This document shows, piece by piece, positions 44,844-55,528 of a DNA stretch of 60,411 bases. The stretch covers positions 1 to 60,411 of IMG/VR virus record IMGVR_UViG_3300036781_000814. The stretch is one strand, 5' to 3'. The translations under genes were made by a program, and so were the position numbers. Each line of letters begins with the position of its first letter. The stretch's first letter is position 1. The notes below the pieces were generated by a model. It was not told where the DNA came from. It made no database searches and worked only from the letters and a program-made list of their open reading frames with translations. The DNA is from a virus (lineage: Duplodnaviria > Caudoviricetes).

Positions 44844-47800
44844 ATGCAAATGGCCATCGGGCCAAAGCGTCGGGCCTTCCGGGATAACTACCTGGCGGTC
44901 ATCATCGGCGCGGCGGCCTTCCTTCTGACTGCGGCGTCGGTGAACGCGCAAATATATTCGAAGCCGAATCCCGGGAATTTTGGCACAACGTCTAACCGGG
45001 GATCCTTCGACTCGACGCTTTTCTTTCCTACGGGCTGCGGTGTCCCAACGGACTCGACCTGGCTTTTCAGCGAAGGGTTTGGTCACAAAGGAGAAAAGAA
45101 AAAACAGTTCGCCATCTACGGCGACAGCTGCGGCAACCAGGCTTACCTCTGGATCCCATCTCTGAAGGCCTGGCAACCGATAGGACAGGGAGGCGGAGGC
45201 ATCGATACGATGTACGCCCGGGGAGACAGCGCCTTTTATGTCAAGACATCAGTCGAATACTTTGCCTTTATCCTCGGTACCGGAGGCGCGGGAGATACCA
45301 ATAATATCTCTCGCAGGATCGACACGCTCAGCGCCAACGTGGACAGCACGAAGCACAACCTGCGAACCGACATCAATGGCAAGGTTACCAATTTCCTCAA
45401 TTCAAGCTTCCTCGGATATGGAACATATGCAGCCAAGCCGACTTCTGGCAGTGGCTTTTACTATGCGCAGGACTCGGCCCGGCTGGCCTATATCAGCTCC
45501 GGTACACTGATCTGGCTAACTGATGCGCCCGGCAAAACCTTCTCCCTCTACATGCAGAAAGACGGACGCCGTGGTATTATGATGCTCCGGGGGCACGATA
45601 GCGTACTACTTTCCAAAGGGCTGATAGATTCCGGGTCTGTACATCTGTTCTTAAACCCGGATAGTACCGTCACTATATATGGTGATCCATCCAGCGGATC
45701 AGGAACAGACTCAACGATCCTTTCAGGATATGCCATGCACCAGACGTACGTTGGCAAGGTAAAGACGCTCAGTAATGACACCGCCTCAGCCACGCAGCCA
45801 GGCGTATTATCTCCAGCGGATTATGTAAGCATCCACACTCCGGTATTTCCTTTTAACGATTCGGTGGGCGGCCTCGTTGATTCCATAGGCTATTATGACG
45901 CTGCTACCCATTTCTGGCACTTCAAAGGCCACTACAACAGATACGGCCATAAGCCTTTCAGCACCCAGCTGGTCAACTATGACGACATTGACACAACAGC
46001 TACCGGTCTGGCACCTTACCATGATCTAACCGATACAGCAAGAGTGCTCAGGCAGGCTATTGCGGCGGGCAGTGGATCGTCACCCGTCGTTACGGGTGCT
46101 TCTATAACCGGTAATGGCACACTTTCAAATCCATTAGACATATCTATTCCCGTCGGTATTGACACGCTTCGTCTGGATACTTTCGGATTGATCCGATACG
46201 ATACCTTATATACCGGTCTCGTTGGAAACTATTATAGCCAAAACGGATCAGTATCGGCAAGCATATCAGGGGGAAATATTCTTTTGGCGAACACAACAAA
46301 TAACGACTACGGTTCCTATCTGGCCGACCTGATCGGGGGGGTGAATTATTATTCCATGCTGCCTAATTGGAACAAGGCTATATATGTGAAATTAACGAGC
46401 GCCCCATCCTCTACTACATACGGCATTGGTGTGGCTAAGCTGGGAGGATACGCGGCGGAAGGTTGGATAGACTTGACCACTGGCGCAAATGCTGGAAAGG
46501 TTTTCATTAATCAGGGATCAACAAATTTAGTCACCTCCGCTACGGCGCTTTCTTTCAGTCAGAACGATATATTCCGGATGGAATTGTGGATGCAACACGA
46601 CTCTGCTTACTTCACTGTTCGCAATATGACGACGGGGGCTGCTGGAATAACAGTCAGCTACGCTTTCAACTACGTGTACGGTCAGACGATAAACCCGCCT
46701 GCGAGCAGTAGCTTTGGTATTATCCAGAAAGGTGGCGCGTATACATTGCTATCCAACAGGCTGGCAACTAATATTCCTGTTAACGCGCCCCTGGCCGTGG
46801 TAGGCGACAGTAAAGCGCAGGGGGATTTCTCCGGATCGACAACCGCTTCATATGCGGCGCTGCTTAATTCTAATTATACGACTACGATCAACCTGGGCGG
46901 CTCTGGCGATATGACCTCTAATGTATTGCAGAGAATCAGTGAGGTAAATAACATTGTCTCCCCGAAACAGGTGATTTTAGAGGTAGCTTCAAACGATCTT
47001 CGAAGTATTACCGCGGATACAGTTTGGAGAAACAATTATAAAAAAATAGTCGATACGCTGACCGGTGCGGGTATAAAAGTCTACCACATTGTTTTGAAAG
47101 AGACTGCGCTAAATCAAGCACCGCTAGTCGCTTTCATCGACTCTTTTTACCACGACACATATATAGCGGGGGTTTATAATTCGCTTGTCGCTTGCGGATC
47201 TGCGTGTCTTGTCGCCGACGGAGTACATCCGAATGCGAGAGGGCATGATTCGGTGTATGTGAATATTGTTCGCGATGGCCGGGTGTTTCAGGGTAACTAC
47301 AGACTTCGCCTAAATTATGTAGATGCGCGAAAGGTCGGTAAGAATACATCGTCTGTATCGAAATTACTGGTTAGTGATCGAGGCGCTGTTAAAACAACAG
47401 ACCCTTCTGTAATCGGATTGCTATCCGCTAGCGGTAATTCTTTTTCGACAAATTCAAACGCCGCAGCCCCTGTGTTGGTAAACGATAACGGTACAGTAAA
47501 ACAATCAACTAATAACACGATAGGATTGCTTCAGTTGGGGGGTAATACGTTTGGCGTTCCATATGTTTTTGGCTCAAAAGATAACGGCCAATTACAAATG
47601 ATATACAATAATGTAAACACGATAAGATTTCAAGCCTATCCAACCAATATGACTTTCTACAGCACGATTGGGAGCGAGATGGCCCGCTTTCGGATTGACT
47701 CCGTAGAGAACACAGCGATAGGCAGATTTAGTATGCAGTCACTTACCAGCGGGACGAAAAACGTGTCTCTTGGTTGGACGTCTGCATCAGGATTAACTAC

Positions 47801-48662
47801 AGGATTTCAAAATACTTTTATAGGCGCGGAATCAGGCGTAGGCGCCACAACCGCATCCGCGAACGTATATGTAGGCTTTTCAGCGGCCCCTTTCAACAAT
47901 GGTATCCAGAACGTCATAGCCGGAGCGCTTGCCGCGTCCGGACAATCCGGAACAACCTTCAATCAGTCTACCGGGATGGGATATGCGGCGCTGTATAATA
48001 ACAAGGCAGATAATAATACCGGCTTTGGATTTAGGGCCTTGCAAAACGTCACTACCGGGGCGAATAATCTAGGTGTCGGAGCGGGTGTTGATGTTCCTTG
48101 CATAACTTGCAGTAATCAGTTTAATCTCGGCAATATTCACAGAGGAACCATGCCGACTTCTGGGGGATTTAATGGTGCAGATTCTGTATTTGGAACGATG
48201 ACAGTTTTAAATACGCCTGCGGGAAATACTTCGACAGACTCAATCGCTACACTACTTGCCGGTAGGGTGCGTGTAATAAGTGTTTCCACCCTTGCTTCCG
48301 CAATAGGCGGATCTGGTTCCAGCGGAGGATATTTACCAACGCTTACAGGCGTAACAAACACATCATCGGCGACGCCAGACAGTGCATATTTTATTCGGTC
48401 GGGAGATATATGTATAGTGACAGGCATTGCGACGGTCACAGCAACTGCCACTGGCACAACGGAGGTTCGTATTTCGCTTCCTTTTTCCTCCAATCTCGGC
48501 GCATCGGCAAGGTATCTCAACGGCGACGGGACAGGATTTGAGAATTATACTTCTGCAATTGTCTACTGCGACAACACAAACAAGGCTGCTGTTCTGAAAT
48601 TCAATACCACTGTGACCACAGCGGAGCAATTTAGATTCAGATTTACTTACCATGTCAATTAA
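44844..48662 (+). CDS. Large fibre/adhesin-like protein with signal peptide and SGNH/GDSL esterase domain
   Basis: ...AAAFLLTAASVNA|Q; VVGDS, NLGGSG, VASND, DGVHPN; NTAIG/NTFIG repeats. Confidence 0.8.
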   Translation: MQMAIGPKRRAFRDNYLAVIIGAAAFLLTAASVNAQIYSKPNPGNFGTTSNRGSFDSTLFFPTGCGVPTDSTWLFSEGFGHKGEKKKQFAIYGDSCGNQAYLWIPSLKAWQPIGQGGGGIDTMYARGDSAFYVKTSVEYFAFILGTGGAGDTNNISRRIDTLSANVDSTKHNLRTDINGKVTNFLNSSFLGYGTYAAKPTSGSGFYYAQDSARLAYISSGTLIWLTDAPGKTFSLYMQKDGRRGIMMLRGHDSVLLSKGLIDSGSVHLFLNPDSTVTIYGDPSSGSGTDSTILSGYAMHQTYVGKVKTLSNDTASATQPGVLSPADYVSIHTPVFPFNDSVGGLVDSIGYYDAATHFWHFKGHYNRYGHKPFSTQLVNYDDIDTTATGLAPYHDLTDTARVLRQAIAAGSGSSPVVTGASITGNGTLSNPLDISIPVGIDTLRLDTFGLIRYDTLYTGLVGNYYSQNGSVSASISGGNILLANTTNNDYGSYLADLIGGVNYYSMLPNWNKAIYVKLTSAPSSTTYGIGVAKLGGYAAEGWIDLTTGANAGKVFINQGSTNLVTSATALSFSQNDIFRMELWMQHDSAYFTVRNMTTGAAGITVSYAFNYVYGQTINPPASSSFGIIQKGGAYTLLSNRLATNIPVNAPLAVVGDSKAQGDFSGSTTASYAALLNSNYTTTINLGGSGDMTSNVLQRISEVNNIVSPKQVILEVASNDLRSITADTVWRNNYKKIVDTLTGAGIKVYHIVLKETALNQAPLVAFIDSFYHDTYIAGVYNSLVACGSACLVADGVHPNARGHDSVYVNIVRDGRVFQGNYRLRLNYVDARKVGKNTSSVSKLLVSDRGAVKTTDPSVIGLLSASGNSFSTNSNAAAPVLVNDNGTVKQSTNNTIGLLQLGGNTFGVPYVFGSKDNGQLQMIYNNVNTIRFQAYPTNMTFYSTIGSEMARFRIDSVENTAIGRFSMQSLTSGTKNVSLGWTSASGLTTGFQNTFIGAESGVGATTASANVYVGFSAAPFNNGIQNVIAGALAASGQSGTTFNQSTGMGYAALYNNKADNNTGFGFRALQNVTTGANNLGVGAGVDVPCITCSNQFNLGNIHRGTMPTSGGFNGADSVFGTMTVLNTPAGNTSTDSIATLLAGRVRVISVSTLASAIGGSGSSGGYLPTLTGVTNTSSATPDSAYFIRSGDICIVTGIATVTATATGTTEVRISLPFSSNLGASARYLNGDGTGFENYTSAIVYCDNTNKAAVLKFNTTVTTAEQFRFRFTYHVN

Positions 48663-51600
48663 ATGAAAAAGTTCCTCACCATACTGCTTTTCATTCCCTG
48701 CCTTTTGCGAGGGCAGGCTAAATATTATGTGAAAGCCTCCGGGTCCGACGGCAATGCCGGGACCTCCAGTACGTTGGCGTGGGCAACGCTGGCGAAAGCT
48801 TGTACAACACCTGTTGCCGGAGATAGTGTGTTTGTGAATGGCGGAGATGTTTTCAATGAGACCTTTCGGCCTAAAACAGGAGTGGTGTACACGTCTTACG
48901 GCACCGGTAAGTTCGTGGTAGGCGGCTTTGTGACGTTGACGGGGTGGACCTCAGTAGGCGGTGGAGTATACCAGTCTACGTGTTCCGGATGCACACCAAG
49001 TACGAGCATGCTGCTGATGAACGGCAGTCAGCAGCCCTTCGCCCGTTATCCGAACACCGGTTATCTGACCTATCAGTCCTTCTCCGGAACCACTTCGATC
49101 ACCTCCAGCAGCCTGACAGGAACACCGAACTGGACGAATGGATATGTCGCTATTCGCGCATTCAACGCCGGTTTGGGCGTTCATAAGATCACTGCTCAAT
49201 CAGGAGGCACGATAACTTATACCAATGCCACGGGATGGACCCCTGCTGCAAACTTTGGTTTTTTCATCCTCAACGACTCATTGGCACTTGACACGCTGGG
49301 GGAATACATTCCAGGTCCCGGGTATATAAAAATGTTTTTCGGGGGCGCGTCGCCGGCATCCTACCTGGTGCAGGTCCCCAATCGGGATACGCTGGTCAGC
49401 TTTCCGAACGGTTCGAAGAACATCACCATCATAAACATGGACGCAGAGGGCGCCAATGTGATCGGGCTATACGGGGATAACGACACGTCAATTGTCATCA
49501 ATAATAGCGTCGTAGCATTCAGTGGCGGGACAGGCCAGCAGCTAAACCGCTGCGTGAATTGCCGCATTACCAACACCACAGTCCGCCGGTGCAATGAGAA
49601 CGGGATCATGATAGGGGATAGTTCCAAGAATGCTTACGTAGGCATGAACGACGTCCGGCATATCGGGGTGATCCCTGGACAGGGAACCTACCGCCAGGGC
49701 GATAGCTACAAGGGCATCAACACCCGGGGAGTGAAGACCATCACCGAGCTTAACCGCGTACACGCCATCGGCTATGATGGGATTTTGGGGTATAACGACT
49801 CCTCTATCTCGTACAATGTCATCGACTCTACCAACTTTGTCACAGATGATGGGGCCGGCATTTACCATCTGGGATATGACGCAGATACAACCCGCGTCCA
49901 TCTTATCCGGGGTAATGTGATATGGAATGCCGTGGGCGCAGCTGCGGGAACCAATAACCTTAGCTTTGCGCCAGCTTATGGGATATATGCCGACAACAAC
50001 AACACTGGATGTAATGTGGATAGCAATACGATCTATTCCTGCGCTCAGGCCGGGATTTTCTTCCACAACACCCGCCGCAGCAATATCACGAACAATAACG
50101 TGTACGCCTGCAAATACCAGCTGGACTTCCAGGGCGATGACGCGACAAAACCCATACGGGCGAATACTATAAAGCATAATGTGTTGGGATTAGCAAACTC
50201 CAGTCAAAGCCTTTGGAATATCGCTTCTTTCAATAACATTTATTTTACGAAGACGATAGGGGCGATAGATAGCAATGCTTACGGTTACACGAACCTGTCG
50301 AGCACGCCGTTTCAATACTATCCCCCGCTTTCCCAGACCTACAAACAATGGGGCGACTCCATCACAGAGACCAACACAACGATCCTGAATGCGCCGGATG
50401 CCTTCGCCGTCAATACCGGATCTTCTGCTATGGCATTGCGATCTAACCCTTGCTATGGCGATGCCGCCGGAACGAACTACGTCGGCAATAGCTCGATCCC
50501 CCGGTATTCCAGCAAACTCCTGTTTCTCAAATCGCCGTGTACGCTTCCCTCCCCGGATGTCAGCATCTGGGACTTATCGCGGATAGCGGTGGACATACAG
50601 CCGTCTGTAGCGCTTACCCCTCATTCTTTTGTGTTCGCCAATACAGCCGGTAGTGCTTCGACGTCGCGAAGCCTTTCCTATACCTTCTATTCCACGCCCG
50701 TAAGCGCCGATACCATAACGACCCCATCCGGATTTGAGGCGTCTATCGATAACGGTAGTAACTGGGCCACTACTTTCAACGGGATTGCGTCCGGTACTGG
50801 GTCGGCCCTGATCAGGGTAGCAGCCTCAACTGCGGCCGGGACCTACGCGGGCAATGTGGTGCTGAAGTCAAAGACGACGAAAGCGGTTTATGTGTCGGCT
50901 GTAGTCAGCTCCGGAGGCTCATTAAGCGCCAGCCCCTCCAGTATTACCGGTCTGAACGGAACGGCGGGATCAGCAGGAACCGCCCAGACAGTGATGGTCA
51001 CCTTTGCCGGAACGATGGTGACCGCTACTCCACCATCGAGCACAGAGATAAGCCAAGATGGAGGAGGTACATATAATGCGGTATCTCAGGTCTTTTCTAC
51101 CGGTTCGCCCTTAAGCCTGAAGATACGGACAACGGCAGCGGCTTCGGCCGGGTCAGTATCCGGCAATCTGCATCTATCCGGAACAGGTGGAGCGACTGCG
51201 GTAGATGTGCCGGTAACTGGAACTATCAGCGCCGTTTCCTCTGCCCTATTTAATTTCAGCGCTTCGGCTTCGACCGTGTCGGGCGCGACCAATGCGTTCG
51301 GTGACCCAACTGCCAGCCCAACATTCACGGATGGCACAACAGGATGGCAGGTGAAGATGCAGGGTGCCAACTGGGTGAAGTTTGGGGGATCTAATTACGG
51401 CGGCGTAGCCAATGGCGCGACCGCGGCTTCCGGTGATGGGATATTCACCATGGCACAAATCAACTCGAACCTCTATAACATCAACAGTTATTCTTCCCCT
51501 GCTCCTCAAATAATTATCGATAAGTCAGGCGGACTTGCAGCGGGCACCTATGCCATCTATCTTTTGGGAAGCATACCGACGAGTGTTTTCGACAACTCGG

Positions 51601-51848
51601 GTAATATGGAGTTCCATGTGGTCTTTGGTTCGGGTAGTGACAACCATGCGTACGTTGATCCCAACGGGAAACCAGCATCCACCGGCAATATTACCACTTC
51701 TGGACCAGGTACGGTAACGAGCGGATCATTCACGGGGACGATTACAGCAGGGCAGACTATCAAGATCTGGGTGACGAAAGGAACCGCCGGCGGAAATCTG
51801 GGCGCGCTGGGATACATAAACGCGCTCAAAATTGTAAAAACGAATTAA
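48663..51848 (+). CDS. Signal-peptide-bearing right-handed beta-helix protein (depolymerase/adhesin-like)
   Basis: MKKFLTILLFIPCLLRG|Q; YYV.ASGSDGNAGTS..AWATL.KA; DDGAGIY, GIYADNN, Asn ladders. Confidence 0.8.
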   Translation: MKKFLTILLFIPCLLRGQAKYYVKASGSDGNAGTSSTLAWATLAKACTTPVAGDSVFVNGGDVFNETFRPKTGVVYTSYGTGKFVVGGFVTLTGWTSVGGGVYQSTCSGCTPSTSMLLMNGSQQPFARYPNTGYLTYQSFSGTTSITSSSLTGTPNWTNGYVAIRAFNAGLGVHKITAQSGGTITYTNATGWTPAANFGFFILNDSLALDTLGEYIPGPGYIKMFFGGASPASYLVQVPNRDTLVSFPNGSKNITIINMDAEGANVIGLYGDNDTSIVINNSVVAFSGGTGQQLNRCVNCRITNTTVRRCNENGIMIGDSSKNAYVGMNDVRHIGVIPGQGTYRQGDSYKGINTRGVKTITELNRVHAIGYDGILGYNDSSISYNVIDSTNFVTDDGAGIYHLGYDADTTRVHLIRGNVIWNAVGAAAGTNNLSFAPAYGIYADNNNTGCNVDSNTIYSCAQAGIFFHNTRRSNITNNNVYACKYQLDFQGDDATKPIRANTIKHNVLGLANSSQSLWNIASFNNIYFTKTIGAIDSNAYGYTNLSSTPFQYYPPLSQTYKQWGDSITETNTTILNAPDAFAVNTGSSAMALRSNPCYGDAAGTNYVGNSSIPRYSSKLLFLKSPCTLPSPDVSIWDLSRIAVDIQPSVALTPHSFVFANTAGSASTSRSLSYTFYSTPVSADTITTPSGFEASIDNGSNWATTFNGIASGTGSALIRVAASTAAGTYAGNVVLKSKTTKAVYVSAVVSSGGSLSASPSSITGLNGTAGSAGTAQTVMVTFAGTMVTATPPSSTEISQDGGGTYNAVSQVFSTGSPLSLKIRTTAAASAGSVSGNLHLSGTGGATAVDVPVTGTISAVSSALFNFSASASTVSGATNAFGDPTASPTFTDGTTGWQVKMQGANWVKFGGSNYGGVANGATAASGDGIFTMAQINSNLYNINSYSSPAPQIIIDKSGGLAAGTYAIYLLGSIPTSVFDNSGNMEFHVVFGSGSDNHAYVDPNGKPASTGNITTSGPGTVTSGSFTGTITAGQTIKIWVTKGTAGGNLGALGYINALKIVKTN

Positions 51849-53794
51849 TGAGAAAACTTCTTTTCATACTTTTATTTTTTCCGGCGCTCGCGCATGCTCA
51901 ATGGACAGGGTCCGGCGGCGAGTATGTGCCACTGTTGTTAAATACGGCCACTCACCGGGCATATACGCTCAATAATGGAGTGCCGACTATCGTAACAAGC
52001 CCAACTAACGTCTCACAGGTTATTGGAGGTCCGCATAGCGCTGCTTTGATTGATAATTTGGGAAACGTATGGGCAAAGGGACAGAACGGTAACGGTGTGG
52101 TCCCTTGTGGCTCTACCGCCGATCAAGCTAATTTTGTGATGTGCATGACCGATAACCTTGGAGCAACGCTAGATCCCGTGGTACAGGTCTTCCTAGGCGG
52201 TAACGGTAATCATGGATTGTTTTGGAATATATTCGCCGTCACCTCAACCGGTAAACTCTACGGAGCCGGTGAGATGGAGGGGTATGTACAGGGCGATGGA
52301 ACAGCTGGAGATGCCATTAACACGAGGTGGGTCCGCATCGATGTAGGCGGCGAACTAGTTACGAAAATTCAGGGCGGCTATGGTATGCTTGCAATGACTT
52401 CTCTGGGTCACACGTATACATGGGGAGCAGATAAGGACCCCTATGTCAACGGTCAGGGGAACAGTGTAGGGAATGGTCCGGTGCAAATTTCTTTGGGCGC
52501 CGGGAGAACAGCAATTGATATCGCCAGCAATGGACTGGTCCATGTGATCGTCCTAGACAATGGTGACGAGCTGGCGACCAGCCAGCAATTCCTCAATGAT
52601 TACACTGGATTATATCCGACAGCCACAACTAAGAACTTTCAAAATGTAACGGCTTTTTTGAATCTTCCAGCACACCCGAAAGCAGTCTCAATGAATAGCT
52701 CAACGACATATGCAATCCTGACAACAGGTGCATTATGGGCTTGGGGCGACAATTCTTGTGGCACCATCGGCAACGGTGATATGCTGGATTGGGGAGCGTA
52801 CAAGTGTTGCCCAGGTCCCAGCAGCGGAAGTCCTGCTCGTTACGCTTATGACAATGGAAATCACGAACACATGGTGATCCACCCCGTCGAAGTCATACCC
52901 GGCAAACTGGATTGGATGAAAGTTATTGGAAGTCCGTCAAATTCCTGGTTCGCCTATGCCAATGACTCTTTGGGTAGGTTCTACACATGGGGGCGTAACA
53001 AGTTTGGACCCCTTGTTAACGGGATCATCGGCGCCAATCCAATCAACGGAGCTATTGGCGCAGCTTATCCGGATTCATATGAAGATCCTAATGTAACGGA
53101 GCGCTTCCCGGGCTCTATCACTTCTTATACAGAGAGCACTAGTCAGTATTGCATTCTGAATCCGTCAGGAACACCGTGCAATACTTATTCAATCCCGACA
53201 AACACAAAACCAACTTCTGTATTTACGGCCACGTATATCGGAAATGGCAAGGTCGTCCTGGATAATTCAGCGTCTACGGATAATGTCCGAATTGTTTACA
53301 GGATTTTTTCTCAGACGGCCGGCACATCGCTACTGCTAAGAGTTCGAACAGGGGAAACTGACACTCTTACCGGCGCGACGCCGGGTGTCTATACCTTCAA
53401 ATCGGTAATTAGGGACAATGGCTGGCTTTCTGATTCATCGACGGCCACCGTGACAGTATCAGACGGAACCCCGCCAACCGTAACCCCCGGAGGCCCCTAC
53501 ACAATTACGCTTCCCACCAACTCCCAGGTGATAACCGTCACAGCTACCGGCAACGGCGGAGCCACGATCACGGGCTATGCGTGGACAAAGACGTCAGGAC
53601 CCGGCGCGACAACCATCACTGGAAATACAACCAGAACGCCGACGGTATCAGGATTGCAGCAAGGAGCCTATGTCTTTAATTGTGTCGTGACTGATAGTAA
53701 CGGCAGCACGACCGGCGCGGACGTAAGCGTAACGGTGAACCCGGCAAGCTGCACAAATTGTGTCACCCTTCCAATACGAGTAAAATTAAACTAA
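51848..53794 (+). CDS. Signal-peptide-bearing RCC1-repeat plus PKD/Ig-like protein
   Basis: MRKLLFILLFFPALAHA|Q; G.VWA.G.N..G, G.LWAWGDN..G..G.G, G..YTWG.N..G; Y.WTK.SGP..V.GL..G.Y.F. Confidence 0.8.
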   Translation: MRKLLFILLFFPALAHAQWTGSGGEYVPLLLNTATHRAYTLNNGVPTIVTSPTNVSQVIGGPHSAALIDNLGNVWAKGQNGNGVVPCGSTADQANFVMCMTDNLGATLDPVVQVFLGGNGNHGLFWNIFAVTSTGKLYGAGEMEGYVQGDGTAGDAINTRWVRIDVGGELVTKIQGGYGMLAMTSLGHTYTWGADKDPYVNGQGNSVGNGPVQISLGAGRTAIDIASNGLVHVIVLDNGDELATSQQFLNDYTGLYPTATTKNFQNVTAFLNLPAHPKAVSMNSSTTYAILTTGALWAWGDNSCGTIGNGDMLDWGAYKCCPGPSSGSPARYAYDNGNHEHMVIHPVEVIPGKLDWMKVIGSPSNSWFAYANDSLGRFYTWGRNKFGPLVNGIIGANPINGAIGAAYPDSYEDPNVTERFPGSITSYTESTSQYCILNPSGTPCNTYSIPTNTKPTSVFTATYIGNGKVVLDNSASTDNVRIVYRIFSQTAGTSLLLRVRTGETDTLTGATPGVYTFKSVIRDNGWLSDSSTATVTVSDGTPPTVTPGGPYTITLPTNSQVITVTATGNGGATITGYAWTKTSGPGATTITGNTTRTPTVSGLQQGAYVFNCVVTDSNGSTTGADVSVTVNPASCTNCVTLPIRVKLN

Positions 53795-53795
53795 T

Positions 53796-54293
53796 ATGAA
53801 GAAGATCATCCTATCAATTTCGATTCTTATCTCGCTCGCGGCTTCCGCTCAAACCAGTTCGCAGCTGGGGGAGCTATTCTACTTCCTTCCTGTATCCGGC
53901 GCTCAGCGGGTGCATTCGTCTGATTCCGTGAATGTGTTTGCCACGCTGGTAACCAGCAGTACCATTACCAGCATGACCGTTGCGCAGACCGGAGGGCCTA
54001 CTGTGACTATCCCAGCCGGCCAGCCGGTTTATACGTCCGGGGTGCTTGCTGTGCGAAACTTCTGGCTGCAAGGCCTTGCGCCGGGGGCGTACACCTTCAA
54101 GTTTACAGGCGTCACTCAATCGGGTAGTACGGGATCATTCACGGAGACCGTGACCGTTATCCCGGATGTTGTCTGCCCGCCTGTGCCCGCGCAGAGGGTA
54201 GCTACTTCGGTAACCTTCACGATCAACGGCGTAGCGGTAACGGTGCCGGCAACAGGGCTGAAGATTACTTATAACAATGGATCATCTCAATAA
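53796..54293 (+). CDS. Signal-peptide-bearing PKD/Ig-like protein
   Basis: MKKIILSISILISLAASA|Q; QTGGP..GLAPGAYTFKF. Confidence 0.75.
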   Translation: MKKIILSISILISLAASAQTSSQLGELFYFLPVSGAQRVHSSDSVNVFATLVTSSTITSMTVAQTGGPTVTIPAGQPVYTSGVLAVRNFWLQGLAPGAYTFKFTGVTQSGSTGSFTETVTVIPDVVCPPVPAQRVATSVTFTINGVAVTVPATGLKITYNNGSSQ

Positions 54294-54313
54294 ACGATCT
54301 CAAAAGCATTTTT

Positions 54314-54760
54314 ATGCAACGATTAAATATCGCTACACTGATTCTGGATGACGACCGGGACATGCTCATGTTCATTGAGGATGCCCTGAAAGAAAACCAT
54401 ATCACTAACTACCACCTCTTCCAGGAGGATGCCTCTTTTTTGGAAAAGATTGGGGAGAATATGCACATTCTTGTGATCGATCACCACCTGAATGCAGGAC
54501 TTACGGGCCTGGACGTGATGGCACGGGCGATTGAAAAGAACCCAAATGTTTTTGTGATCGCCATGTCCGGCACGAGTGACCCCCAGCTGATCGTCGACTA
54601 CCTGAATGGCGGATGCAACCGGTTTATCTTAAAAGAGCGCAAAGATTATCTGCATAAACTGGTGGAATACATCAAAGCGGGGATAGATCGATTCATGAGG
54701 GATATGGAATTTTTCCGACGCCAGGAACAGCATTTAGGTTTCACCATACCCACAAATTAG
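54314..54760 (+). CDS. Stand-alone response-regulator receiver (CheY-like)
   Basis: LILDDD, ILVIDHHL (phospho-Asp), TGLDV, IAMSG, FILK. Confidence 0.85.
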   Translation: MQRLNIATLILDDDRDMLMFIEDALKENHITNYHLFQEDASFLEKIGENMHILVIDHHLNAGLTGLDVMARAIEKNPNVFVIAMSGTSDPQLIVDYLNGGCNRFILKERKDYLHKLVEYIKAGIDRFMRDMEFFRRQEQHLGFTIPTN

Positions 54761-54767
54761 AAAGAAG

Positions 54768-55028
54768 ATGGATCCGAATCTTGTCAAAGCTATTGCTCAG
54801 TTCCTGGGAAGCCTGGGGATTACCATATTCACAGTCATGCGCATGATGGTAGCCAAGGTTAGTAAGATGGCCGAACGGATGCTAAAGCTTGAAGAGCAGG
54901 TCAGGCATAACCGGGAATTGATCGAGACAGAGGTTGAAAATATGAAGGAGAAAATTCAGAGTGAGCGGCTGGATTTCAAGGAGCGCTTGAAGGAAATCAC
55001 CGACTACATGTATAACCGACCTCGTTAA
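54768..55028 (+). CDS. Holin-like/XhlA-like protein (TM plus coiled coil)
   Basis: N-terminal hydrophobic helix, coiled-coil tail, near the lysozyme. Confidence 0.45.
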   Translation: MDPNLVKAIAQFLGSLGITIFTVMRMMVAKVSKMAERMLKLEEQVRHNRELIETEVENMKEKIQSERLDFKERLKEITDYMYNRPR

Positions 55029-55038
55029 AATACACATC

Positions 55039-55497
55039 ATGAAAAAAGTAAAAATTGTCCATGTCGCGCTGGTTGCCGGCGCGCTGTTTTCATTTCAGAG
55101 CCCCATGGGCGACTCCGTGCAGGCTGACCAGGTTACGCAGCGAACAGTGGAGTCCTATGCAGATAGCGTCCATAATACGGACAGCGTGATCAAGGTGGCG
55201 GTGCAGACTACGGCCGAGACCATCGCGCCGGCGGATACAACCGTAGGGCCGTTTAAACTGCCGACCTGGTTATTGACCCTTTTGACTGCAATTAGCGCCG
55301 GGGCAACCTTCGCCCAATGGCTGCTCAAAAGAATCCCGACGGATGTAAGCATTAAGATCCCGGGTTGGGTGGGAGTTGTGCTCGACGCGCTCACTTTCTG
55401 GCAACCTGATAAAAGCACAGCTGTCCGGCCTACTGCCCCTCCGCCTGTTCAAAATGGCGTTGAGAAGCCAGCGCTAAAGGACCTGCAGAACCATTAG
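55039..55497 (+). CDS. Membrane protein in the lysis cassette (holin candidate)
   Basis: N-terminal signal-like segment plus C-terminal hydrophobic helices. Confidence 0.45.
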   Translation: MKKVKIVHVALVAGALFSFQSPMGDSVQADQVTQRTVESYADSVHNTDSVIKVAVQTTAETIAPADTTVGPFKLPTWLLTLLTAISAGATFAQWLLKRIPTDVSIKIPGWVGVVLDALTFWQPDKSTAVRPTAPPPVQNGVEKPALKDLQNH

Positions 55498-55528
55498 TAA
55501 TTACTTTCCTCATTTATAAAAAACATCT

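Noticed and set aside
43302-54293. Additional VR copies in tail fibre or adhesin genes
   Set aside because: No GF.L..V.Y.....SGL.S-like segment was seen in these translations. This was a by-eye check; BLASTN of the TR would be decisive.
48663-54293. T9SS cargo assignment for the exported proteins
   Set aside because: No clear T9SS C-terminal domain (YPNP...G.Y...K) was seen.
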